Shown piece by piece: positions 1 to 8,588 of a DNA stretch of 64,000 bases. Under the pieces are notes generated by a model. The model ran no database searches, was not told the DNA's origin, and worked only from the letters and a program-made list of their open reading frames with translations. The position numbers and the translations under genes are program-made. This DNA is from Patescibacteria group bacterium (lineage in GTDB: Bacteria > Patescibacteriota > Minisyncoccia > Phycocordibacterales > Phycocordibacteraceae). Location: the NCBI GenBank assembly GCA_019744845.1, contig JAIETW010000002.1, forward strand, positions 69,759 through 133,758, written 5' to 3'. Numbering within the stretch: the first letter of the stretch is position 1; the number at the start of each line of letters is the position of its first letter.

Positions 1-384
1 CGCACCAGTATCTCGCACTTCTCTTTTTCAAAGAAAAGCAGTGTGTCTCACACGATTCTGCGTTTAACGTTGATGAGGCGATCAGCGAGGCAGCACATCG
101 CATACAATCCCAGATTGGTCCGTGGGGTGACATATATCCAGAACAGGTCTCCTTTCTTCTTTATGGGGGATTCCAAGACCTTGTGTCGCAGGCACACATA
201 GACACCATACTTGCGCATCAAGAAGAAGACGGGGGATGGCGTCACGCACCGGAGGATCCAGGACCAAACCCCCACACGACCATATTGTCGGTGTGGGCAC
301 TCGCACAATGGGCAGACTTCTGTCCGTTTACGAACCAGCGCTAAGACTTTTGCGCGCGACTTCTAAAGCAGCTAAAATAGCCTG

Positions 385-1593
385 GTGACTCGCTCGTTCC
401 TCGCCTCTCTCCGTCGTTTTGGACCGCTTCTTCTTATTGTCCTCCTCATTGCCGTTGTGTGGGCAGTGATGGAATGGAAATCGTACTCATCGGATCCTAC
501 GTCGTATCCTGAAGTTCAGGAGATTGGTGTGCGATCCGATTGGCAGTTCCAAGAGTTGTCTACGTATTTTCAACGTCTTGCGGATGAGAAGGGGGCACTC
601 TACGCATATGAGGTATTGCGGTACGCCCCCTTCCCAGAAGGGGTAGATATCCATCTGCTTGGGCATGTGGTCGGAGACATGCTCTATGAGCAACAGGGAA
701 TTCAAGGGATTCACTCATGCACGCAAGAATTTAGAAATGCGTGCTCGCACTCGGTCGTGATCGGCATGCTTACCGAGTATGGGGAGGGTTCATTGTCTGA
801 CATTGCAGCAACCTGCATGGAAGCACCGGGAGGAAAGGGTGCATACACCATGTGTTTCCACGGTCTTGGTCACGGCGTGCTTGCATTTAATGGATACGAT
901 TTTGAGAAGGCAGTCGGTATGTGTGAGAGGACAGGAACGCCCGCCTACAACAACCGTGAAGCACATGAGTGCATTGGCGGCATGATGATGGAGATGATTG
1001 CAGGCGTACATGATAGGGAGGTATGGCAAACGCAAGTTGCACAATACTTCAAGAAGAATGACCCACTCTATCCATGTAATGCAGACTTCGTACCTGATGA
1101 GGCGCGATACACGTGTTACTCCTATCTCACTCCGTATTTATTTGGTCAGGCAAGTATAGATTTGGATGCACCTGATCCGGCACTTTATTCAACTGCGTTT
1201 TCATACTGCGAACCACTCTCTGGTTCCTCGCGAGAAGCATGCTATGGCGGGTTTGGGAAGGAATTCATCGTCCTCGCAAATGATCGCGATATTCGTACCG
1301 TTGGTGCACTTAGCACCGAACAACTTCAGAAGGTGCATGAGTGGTGTGAGTCTGCAGGTGTAGCTGACGGCGAGGTGTTTTGTAAGTCATCGGCACTTGC
1401 GTCTCTCTTTTGGGGAGGAGAAAGCGACCCGGAGGTTTCATTCGCATTTTGTGCACTTTCAGAACAGTCTACCCAAGAATCCTGCTATCGCGAGTTAGGG
1501 TCCGCCATTCGGTACTATCTTGGGAATACTGTTCGTGGAGACGCACTCTGTAGAAAGATGCCTGACCAGTATCGTAATTTCTGCAGTATATGA
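385..1593 (+). CDS. Exported/membrane-anchored Cys/His-rich protein, paralog 1 of six-member tandem family (C-x-H-G-x-G-H-G core)
   Basis: Long ORF with a GTG start and an N-terminal hydrophobic anchor (FGPLLLIVLLIAVVWAV). Contains CFHGLGHGVLAF and an upstream HLLGHVVG motif shared with the five downstream paralogs, and many conserved Cys. Confidence 0.6.
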   Translation: MTRSFLASLRRFGPLLLIVLLIAVVWAVMEWKSYSSDPTSYPEVQEIGVRSDWQFQELSTYFQRLADEKGALYAYEVLRYAPFPEGVDIHLLGHVVGDMLYEQQGIQGIHSCTQEFRNACSHSVVIGMLTEYGEGSLSDIAATCMEAPGGKGAYTMCFHGLGHGVLAFNGYDFEKAVGMCERTGTPAYNNREAHECIGGMMMEMIAGVHDREVWQTQVAQYFKKNDPLYPCNADFVPDEARYTCYSYLTPYLFGQASIDLDAPDPALYSTAFSYCEPLSGSSREACYGGFGKEFIVLANDRDIRTVGALSTEQLQKVHEWCESAGVADGEVFCKSSALASLFWGGESDPEVSFAFCALSEQSTQESCYRELGSAIRYYLGNTVRGDALCRKMPDQYRNFCSI

Positions 1594-2582
1594 ACCGTCT
1601 GTCGTATCTGATTCTTTTTGCTTTTCTTGTCGGCGTAGGAGTTTTTCTCTTCAGAGAAGTTCCGACGACTCGCTTTGGGGAGATTACTCCCATCACCGCG
1701 CAAGAAGTGCGGGCAGCAATAATTGCGTACACTGACGCACATGGTGCGAACAAGATGATGGAGGTGTTTCGGGAGTCATACAGCGCATCACATCCGAACA
1801 TACAACACAATGCGTCGCATCTTCTTGGAGAAGCGCTGTATCTTGCACTGGGGAGTAATGGTGTGTCTGAGTGTACGAGTGAGTATAACTTCGGGTGTTA
1901 TCATGGCCTCTTTGCAAAGGCGATTGCCACAGAAGGACTTGAAGTGGTGAAGGCTTTTGACGTCGCGTGCGCGAACTCTGATCGTGTGAGCGCATGTCAG
2001 CATGGACTTGGTCACGGGATTCTTGAGTACATGAGTGCAAAGAAGTTGGTGGACGCACTCAATGTATGCAGAGATCTCACGACGCCATCGGGTCCACTCG
2101 GAGGATGTGCCTCTGGAGTGTTTATGGAATATAACCACCCTCTTGTGTCAGAAGATGGGAATCAGCGTATTGAGGTGCGTCCGCTTGAGGACGAAGAGTT
2201 TCTTTACACGCCTTGTGAAGACGTGCCGTCAGAATTCAAAGCGGCTTGTTATCATTCGCTTCCACAGTGGTGGCGGCAGGTGGTGACTGCAAACGATTAT
2301 GCGCGTATGGCCGAACTCTGTGCGGTAATCCCGAATCAGTCGCACCAGCACGCGTGTATTGCAGGGCTTGGGTCAGTGATCCCTCCATCTCTTGATTACG
2401 ATGTGTCGTCTTCAATTGCGGCGTGCGACACTGTACCTTCCGAGCTGCTTCGTATTCAGTGCCTTGAAAGTGCATCTGGGGTGTTCTGGGGAAACATTAA
2501 TGATGTAGAAGGGGCGCAAGAGATATGTGAGGCGATGCCAGACGCAGATCGTACACGATGTCTGAATCTCATATATGAATGA
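1590..2582 (+). CDS. Exported Cys/His-rich protein, paralog 2 (GCYHGLF ... CQHGLGHGILEY ... GCASGVFMEYN)
   Basis: ATG overlaps the upstream stop (ATGA). Has an N-terminal TM/signal anchor. Motif order matches paralog 3 almost position by position. Confidence 0.65.
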   Translation: MNRLSYLILFAFLVGVGVFLFREVPTTRFGEITPITAQEVRAAIIAYTDAHGANKMMEVFRESYSASHPNIQHNASHLLGEALYLALGSNGVSECTSEYNFGCYHGLFAKAIATEGLEVVKAFDVACANSDRVSACQHGLGHGILEYMSAKKLVDALNVCRDLTTPSGPLGGCASGVFMEYNHPLVSEDGNQRIEVRPLEDEEFLYTPCEDVPSEFKAACYHSLPQWWRQVVTANDYARMAELCAVIPNQSHQHACIAGLGSVIPPSLDYDVSSSIAACDTVPSELLRIQCLESASGVFWGNINDVEGAQEICEAMPDADRTRCLNLIYE

Positions 2583-3585
2583 TGTTTCTTTGAAGCAGTA
2601 TGTGATTCTGACTATCGCGATACTTGTCATTGGCGGAATACTATTTGGCTCTCGCTTTTTCGGTCCTCAGTATGATCCACAAGACGAAGCGTATAACGCT
2701 TCGTACTGGTCGTACTCTATTCAGCGCTCTGGCGCGCCGAGCGCCTACCAAGAGTTCCTTGTTAGAAATTCAAGCACCGATTCTACGCGTCAGCATCTTG
2801 CCGCACACGTCTTTGGCGAAGTGCTATTCAAAATAGAAGGAGAGGAGGGCATTTCAGTGTGCGACGCCCAGTTTGGATTCGGGTGTTACCACGGCTTCTT
2901 TGGTCGTGCGATTTCGGAAGGGGGAGTGGAGTCAATCGCACGCCTTGATGCAGCATGTGTAAAGACGCACGGTACTCTTGGCACTGGATGTCAGCATGGA
3001 GTTGGGCACGGGATTCTTGAATACGTGGGCTATGACGCACTAGATGAGGCACTAGCCCTTTGTGCAGAAACCACACAGCTCACCTCGCGACTTGGCTGCA
3101 CCTCAGGCGTGTTCATGGAATACAATTCACCGCTTGCGGGTATTTCAGATGGACTTGTCCCGACGACACGTGCGCTTGATCCTTTGAACCTCTATGAGCC
3201 TTGTAATGAGGTGGAGGAGAAATATAAAGAGTCTTGTTTCCATGAACTTGGCGCATGGGTACTCTCTCATCATGCAGATGCTGCACGTGCAGGGTTCTGT
3301 GAAGGAATTGAAGGGAGAGGGCGTGAGTCATGTTTTGTGGGGATGGGTTCTGCCATTGCACACAAGGTTGGCCCATATCCAACACAGGGAATAGAGATGT
3401 GTGCGATGTTTGGGGAAAACGATATGCGTTCCTGCCGCGCAGGGCTTTCGTGGGGCTTTTTTACGGTCCCGGAGACCCGACTCCACGCACTGGAGGCGTG
3501 CGGGTATACTGAGGAGACACAGAAGAATGCATGCCTGCGCCTCGGCGATCTCACTGAAGGCCTGGATCCCACCTTTCCCTCATGA
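2575..3585 (+). CDS. Exported Cys/His-rich protein, paralog 3 (GCYHGFF ... CQHGVGHGILEY ... GCTSGVFMEYN)
   Basis: N-terminal hydrophobic anchor. Clear paralog of 1590-2582, sharing YxPCxxV and CxHxLxxWW/AW blocks. Confidence 0.65.
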   Translation: MNDVSLKQYVILTIAILVIGGILFGSRFFGPQYDPQDEAYNASYWSYSIQRSGAPSAYQEFLVRNSSTDSTRQHLAAHVFGEVLFKIEGEEGISVCDAQFGFGCYHGFFGRAISEGGVESIARLDAACVKTHGTLGTGCQHGVGHGILEYVGYDALDEALALCAETTQLTSRLGCTSGVFMEYNSPLAGISDGLVPTTRALDPLNLYEPCNEVEEKYKESCFHELGAWVLSHHADAARAGFCEGIEGRGRESCFVGMGSAIAHKVGPYPTQGIEMCAMFGENDMRSCRAGLSWGFFTVPETRLHALEACGYTEETQKNACLRLGDLTEGLDPTFPS

Positions 3586-4811
3586 CACCTGAACTTAGAA
3601 ATCTTGGCATAGGAATTCTCTTGCTCGTTGCCATTTTTGGCGGGTCCTACGCGTACGAGACTGCATTGTTTGGTCTTCTTCCACGCTCTCTTGAGCAACA
3701 TGCAACGGCGGTTATTTCTACCTGTGCATCAGAGTCATACCCGCCAAGTTGCTACGATCTGGAAATACCAAAACTCATGGATCAAGGTCTTTCAATGGAA
3801 GAAACTTTTGAGGTGACGAGATTGATACAGAACCAAGTTGATAACTACTTCTATTGTCACGTGCTTGGTCATAACGTGTCGGCAAAAGAGACCGCCAAGG
3901 ACCCACTCGCATGGACGGACGTGGTGGCCCGATGTCCGACTGGCATGTGTAGCAATGGATGCCTTCACGGTGCCGCACAGGAACGCTTTCGCGACGATGC
4001 ACTCACCGATGCGGAGATTCAGGAATTGATTCCTGAATTGAGTCAGATTTGTGAGCCAGGCAGTGGTCGTGATTTTACTGGTCTTGAACAGGCGAGTTGC
4101 TATCACTCACTTGGTCATCTCACCATGTACATAGGTGGAGGAAATATCACCACAGCGGTCGGCGTGTGTGATCAGATCGCAGTGAAAGATACGCATGACT
4201 ATACGCAGACCTGTTACGAGGGTGCATACATGCAGATCTTCCAACCACTTGAGCCGGAAGATTTTGCGCTCGTACAAGATGTCCCCGCAACGACGACCGT
4301 AGATGCCAAGGTGTTTTGTGATGGATTCAGCGGAGAACGTCGTGCCGCTTGTCACCGAGAGTCATGGCCTCTCTACCGAGACTCATTCTCTGAACCAGGA
4401 GGTATTGAAACCTTCTGTACGCTCGTTCCTGACCGAGTCTCACAGCAACGTTGTTACAATGCCATCTTCTATGTCCTGACCGCACAGTATTCATTTGACG
4501 AAGAGAAGGTCACGAATATGTGCGAGAGTGTGCCGGAAAAGCGCATGGGGCAGTGTTTTGGAAATGCAGCCTCACGAATGGTGGAGACCGATTATCGGTT
4601 GACGCCCAACGCCGTGCGTATCTGTGAGCGCGCACAAGAGCACGGAGTAGGTGATAGATGCTACGAGGAACTTGTGTTCTACTCCACGTTTAATTTTCAC
4701 GAAGGTTCAGAGGCGTTCCTCACACTTTGCCGCTCGCTTCCTGAGCCATGGCAGACGCAATGTGTAAACGGAGAGGGGAAGACGTTTCAGCCAAGTAAGA
4801 ACGATTATTAA
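3582..4811 (+). CDS. Exported Cys/His-rich protein, paralog 4 (divergent: CHVLGH ... GCLHGAAQERF ... CYHSLGHLTMY)
   Basis: N-terminal anchor (LGIGILLLVAIFGG). Retains the H-x-x-G-H and C-x-H-x-x-G-H modules of the family; 409 aa. Confidence 0.6.
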   Translation: MTPELRNLGIGILLLVAIFGGSYAYETALFGLLPRSLEQHATAVISTCASESYPPSCYDLEIPKLMDQGLSMEETFEVTRLIQNQVDNYFYCHVLGHNVSAKETAKDPLAWTDVVARCPTGMCSNGCLHGAAQERFRDDALTDAEIQELIPELSQICEPGSGRDFTGLEQASCYHSLGHLTMYIGGGNITTAVGVCDQIAVKDTHDYTQTCYEGAYMQIFQPLEPEDFALVQDVPATTTVDAKVFCDGFSGERRAACHRESWPLYRDSFSEPGGIETFCTLVPDRVSQQRCYNAIFYVLTAQYSFDEEKVTNMCESVPEKRMGQCFGNAASRMVETDYRLTPNAVRICERAQEHGVGDRCYEELVFYSTFNFHEGSEAFLTLCRSLPEPWQTQCVNGEGKTFQPSKNDY

Positions 4812-4814
4812 TAT

Positions 4815-6278
4815 ATGAAAGAGTTTCTTACTCGTCGGAACATACTCATCGCGTTAGTTATCATCGCGGGGGGAGTGGCATACTACCTTTCACAAGTCCC
4901 ACCACCAAATACAATTATCTTGAGGGAAGATGGATGGCATCCGGAGTCACTTGTGGTAGAGCCAGACACGACGGTGATCTTCGTGAATAAGACATCTCAC
5001 TCATTCTGGCCCGCATCAAATAGCCACCCACAGCACGAACGGTATCCTGAGTTTGATGCAGGTCGCCCGATGGCACCCGGAGAGTCGTGGTCGTTCACAT
5101 TTACGCGACCCGGGAAGTGGGTATTCCATGATCACCTTCGTTCTTCGTATGTGGGGAGTATTGCGGTTGGGCAAGAGTACGCAGATTACGATTGTTTGAC
5201 TGATATTGCCGATGCATCTGTCTCAGAGAAGCGTGTGTGTTGGGGTGAGAAGTTGTATGAAGAGCTGCGAGAGAATGGCGCAGCCGCCGCTTTTCGCTTA
5301 TTCGCGAATTTCTATGAGTCAGACCCAGATTTCACGAAAGTAGGGTGCCATGTAATTGCACACCAGCTTGGTGACAATGCGTATGGAGAGTATCTGCGAC
5401 AGGGGAAGAAACTTTCGGTGCTTGAGTTTCCACCAGAGTCAGTGTATTGCGGGTATGGGTATTACCACGGTATTTTTGAACACCTCATTCGCGACAATCC
5501 AGACTTTGAAATGGCAAATGCGTTTTGTCAGGATCTCGTGGCTACGTATGAAGATACGGTGCCACGAATTCGTCTCAATTGTTATCACGCGATAGGGCAC
5601 GGGTTTGTGCCGGAGCCGAGCGATGTGGAGCAATGGGGGGATGTACAAAAGATGACTGAACCCGCGATTGCCGCCTGCGCACGACTCCCTGTGTATGATG
5701 AGCGATCTGAGTGTTTCCAAGGAACATTCAATGTGATTGGAGATTGGATGTGGAACAATCAGTTTGGCTTACGGTTTAGTGAAAGTGATCCGCTTTCAGT
5801 CTGTCGCTTGTATGAAGGGGAGATTTCAGAGGCATGTTATTACGAAGTCGCGATGCGTCTTCTTCCGTACGGTGACGATGATCTTTCACGCATCTACAAT
5901 CTCTATGTGGCGCAGATAGAAAATGATCAGATTGCAGGAATGGTAATTAACTCTGCTGCAGCCGGAGTCATTGGAACGAATATTACTGACGACAATTTCA
6001 TCCCATTTCTCCATACCTGCCGTACGTTGCCCGCACGTGTGCAAGAGGACTGTCTCAAAGGGCTTACCGGAGGGTTCGTGGCACATGGAGAGCCGGAAAA
6101 CGAATATATAAAGGCAATTGATTTCTGTAGTGACGAAGAGCTCACTCCCGACGAGAAAGATATTTGTTATTGGAATATTACTCGTACCTTCAAGGACTCA
6201 TACTCAAAAGAAAAGGTGGAGCAGGTATGTACCGGAGTTGAGGTTGAATACCAGCACTATTGCTCCTACGAATCATGA
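4815..6278 (+). CDS. Exported protein: N-terminal Cys-less cupredoxin-like His-rich domain fused to Cys/His-rich family module (paralog 5; CYHAIGHGF)
   Basis: N-terminal anchor. Residues ~35-115 carry FWPASNSHPQHERYPEFD ... WVFHDHL, the same domain as 7694-8080. The C-terminal part has CHVIAHQLG, YYHGIF and CYHAIGHG. Confidence 0.65.
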   Translation: MKEFLTRRNILIALVIIAGGVAYYLSQVPPPNTIILREDGWHPESLVVEPDTTVIFVNKTSHSFWPASNSHPQHERYPEFDAGRPMAPGESWSFTFTRPGKWVFHDHLRSSYVGSIAVGQEYADYDCLTDIADASVSEKRVCWGEKLYEELRENGAAAAFRLFANFYESDPDFTKVGCHVIAHQLGDNAYGEYLRQGKKLSVLEFPPESVYCGYGYYHGIFEHLIRDNPDFEMANAFCQDLVATYEDTVPRIRLNCYHAIGHGFVPEPSDVEQWGDVQKMTEPAIAACARLPVYDERSECFQGTFNVIGDWMWNNQFGLRFSESDPLSVCRLYEGEISEACYYEVAMRLLPYGDDDLSRIYNLYVAQIENDQIAGMVINSAAAGVIGTNITDDNFIPFLHTCRTLPARVQEDCLKGLTGGFVAHGEPENEYIKAIDFCSDEELTPDEKDICYWNITRTFKDSYSKEKVEQVCTGVEVEYQHYCSYES

Positions 6279-7681
6279 AGCGAGTCGCTATTGTAGCCGG
6301 GCTTCTTGTACTGATCGCGCTGCTCGCATTCATCCCTCCTCAAAACACCATCGTCCTTAAGGACGATGGTTTTCACCCTCGCGTTCTCACCGTATCGGTG
6401 GGGGACACGGTTACGTTCACGAATGCACGTGACAAGTACTTCTGGCCTGCATCAGACTTTCATCCCACACATGCGCTGTACCCTGAGTTTGATGCGAAGG
6501 AGCCGCTTGCGCCTGGTCAGTCCTATGCCATTACCTTTACCGAGCCAGGCACCTATCCTTTTCATGATCATCTTGCTGCGTTCTATTTTGGCATCGTACA
6601 AGTACAAGACGCAGATGGCCGTGTTGTAGATGACTGTATGGAGAAAGGAGGGCAGTTCCAGTGTTGGCAGAACAAGCTGTTTCTTACACTTGCCACTGAA
6701 GGTATAGATCGTACATATGAAGAAGTCGCCACACTTTACGAAGAAGATCCGGCATTCTCAGGTTCATGCCATTACGCAGCGCACAATATAGGACTCGCAA
6801 GCTACCAGTTTTATCAGAAAGATACGGATTTTATTCTCTCCCCACGAGCCACTGCATGTGCCGCCGGTTTCTATCATGGATTCATGGAGGGATACATAGG
6901 TGCTACCGGAGACATAGAGGGCGCTGCGGAAGTTTGCGATACCATCGGCGCACGCATAGGTGAAGAAGCTCCCGATGCGCGCCTCCAGTGCTATCACGGC
7001 ATTGGACACGGTGCGGTAGAAAGTGCGGTTGCGACTTCAGGTTCGTTTGGGAGTCAGCAAAGCTTTGTGGACGCCGCACTTTCTTCGTGTGAGGAGGTGG
7101 CAGACGGAGAGCAAGAACTCTACCGCTGCGTATCTGGGGTATTCAATGGAATCGCAAATTTCTACATCATCGGTGCCTACGGTCTTTCGGTGAAGGATGA
7201 CCCTCTGTTGCTCTGCGCGAATCAGCCAGAAGTATACAAAGAAGCGTGCTACGGAAACATGAACTCAGTAGTGTATTACGAAGCCAGGGGAGAGTTTACC
7301 CCTGCAGTGGAAGAAGTATTTTCTATTCCTGACGTCACCGAACGTCCGAAAGCACTTGAGTACCTTCTTCTTCTGTTCGCGCTTAATCACATTCAGGATG
7401 AGTCGCTCGCACCGCTCATACAAGAGTGTCAGGCGCTGCCGGATTCCTATGTCGCCTCATGTCTTGGTGGGTTGGTACGCGGGCTTCTTGAACACGGTAT
7501 TCCAGGGAAAGAGTATGAAAAAGCCTTGAATCTGTGCCGTGAATCAACTCTCACCGCAGCAGAGCGTGATGCGTGTTATGCCATCGTACTTACGGGCGCG
7601 GATGGATGGTACGGGGCTGAGAAAGTGAAGGAGATTTGTGCCTCCGTACCAGTGCAGGAACAGGCGTATTGCACGCCGTGA
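6275..7681 (+). CDS. Exported protein: N-terminal cupredoxin-like His-rich domain fused to Cys/His-rich family module (paralog 6; CYHGIGHGAVE)
   Basis: Start set at the internal ATG (MKRVAIV...) that overlaps the upstream stop as ATGA; the track ORF begins at 6260. Carries FWPASDFHPTHALYPEFD ... YPFHDHL, then CHYAAHNIG, FYHGFMEGY and CYHGIGHG. Confidence 0.65.
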   Translation: MKRVAIVAGLLVLIALLAFIPPQNTIVLKDDGFHPRVLTVSVGDTVTFTNARDKYFWPASDFHPTHALYPEFDAKEPLAPGQSYAITFTEPGTYPFHDHLAAFYFGIVQVQDADGRVVDDCMEKGGQFQCWQNKLFLTLATEGIDRTYEEVATLYEEDPAFSGSCHYAAHNIGLASYQFYQKDTDFILSPRATACAAGFYHGFMEGYIGATGDIEGAAEVCDTIGARIGEEAPDARLQCYHGIGHGAVESAVATSGSFGSQQSFVDAALSSCEEVADGEQELYRCVSGVFNGIANFYIIGAYGLSVKDDPLLLCANQPEVYKEACYGNMNSVVYYEARGEFTPAVEEVFSIPDVTERPKALEYLLLLFALNHIQDESLAPLIQECQALPDSYVASCLGGLVRGLLEHGIPGKEYEKALNLCRESTLTAAERDACYAIVLTGADGWYGAEKVKEICASVPVQEQAYCTP

Positions 7682-7693
7682 TAGAGTAGTTCC

Positions 7694-8080
7694 ATGAATA
7701 CAAAAGTGGCAATTGTGGTCGGTGTGCTCATACTCGCGGCTGCGGGATGGTACGTGTCACAGGAAAAACCTGTCACACCACAGGTACAGGTAAAAGTGCC
7801 AGAAGGGGCGATAGTAGTAGAGCTGACAAAAGAGGGCTTTTCTCCGTCAGAGCTTACTATCGCGAAAGGAGAGAGCGTGACATTTCGTACCACCGGAACG
7901 GATCTGTACTGGCCTGCATCAAATCTCCACCCGTCTCACGGAATCTATCCAGAGTTTGATCCTTTGAAGCCACTTCAACCGACCGAAGTGTGGAGTTTTA
8001 CCTTTGATCAGGTAGGGGAGTGGAAGTACCACGATCATCTTGCGCCCTATTTTACCGGCGTCATAACAGTGACTGAATAA
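7694..8080 (+). CDS. Membrane-anchored standalone cupredoxin-like His-rich domain protein (128 aa)
   Basis: N-terminal TM (VAIVVGVLILAAAGWYV). YWPASNLHPSHGIYPEFD ... WKYHDHLAPYFTGVITV aligns with the N-terminal domains of the two preceding genes. The beta-sandwich cupredoxin ligand positions are occupied by His/Asp rather than Cys/Met. Confidence 0.6.
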   Translation: MNTKVAIVVGVLILAAAGWYVSQEKPVTPQVQVKVPEGAIVVELTKEGFSPSELTIAKGESVTFRTTGTDLYWPASNLHPSHGIYPEFDPLKPLQPTEVWSFTFDQVGEWKYHDHLAPYFTGVITVTE

Positions 8081-8565
8081 TGCGCTCAATCGTACTTCTT
8101 TTGCTCGTGTTCCCATTGTCGGTCAGCGCACATGCGTTTGGCTTTTCTCACGAGACGACGGTAAACGGATATCAAGTTGATATTGGTTACAGTACCGCGG
8201 CGCCGACACCTAATGAGTCAGTGATCTTTGACTTCAATCTCCCGGCGGTTCATGCAGAGGTGCCATATTCGGATGTATGGGTACGAGTGACCAAAGAAGA
8301 TGGCACAGTGGTACTTGCGACTGGGCTCTACAACGCTCGCTTCGGTGGTCCACGTCTGAGCTACATGTTCCCTGAAGACGGACGCTACACTATAAGTGTG
8401 AGGTACGAGCAGGAATCAGAGGTTCTGCTTGAAACAGAGTTTCCCATCACGGTTGTGCCTGCATCTTCAGGTTCTATTCCGTATACCGAGCACATTCCGG
8501 GCCTTGTCGTAGGCCTCCTCCTCAGTGTGGGGGTACTGACCTGGTGGCAAAGGGGAAAGAAGTAG
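8080..8565 (+). CDS. Small secreted protein with C-terminal sorting-signal-like tail (IPYTEH + hydrophobic segment + RGKK)
   Basis: Signal peptide (MRSIVLLLLVFPLSVSAHA). The C-terminus reads SIPYTEHIPGLVVGLLLSVGVLTWWQRGKK-stop. ATG overlaps the upstream stop. Confidence 0.5.
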   Translation: MRSIVLLLLVFPLSVSAHAFGFSHETTVNGYQVDIGYSTAAPTPNESVIFDFNLPAVHAEVPYSDVWVRVTKEDGTVVLATGLYNARFGGPRLSYMFPEDGRYTISVRYEQESEVLLETEFPITVVPASSGSIPYTEHIPGLVVGLLLSVGVLTWWQRGKK

Positions 8566-8588
8566 GAAGAGGATGCTACACTAGCGGC

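Noticed and set aside
48-308. 86-aa and 74-aa overlapping minus-strand ORFs at the window start
   Set aside because: No motifs, mutually overlapping frames, and they lie at the window edge where an upstream gene may end. There is insufficient evidence to call either.
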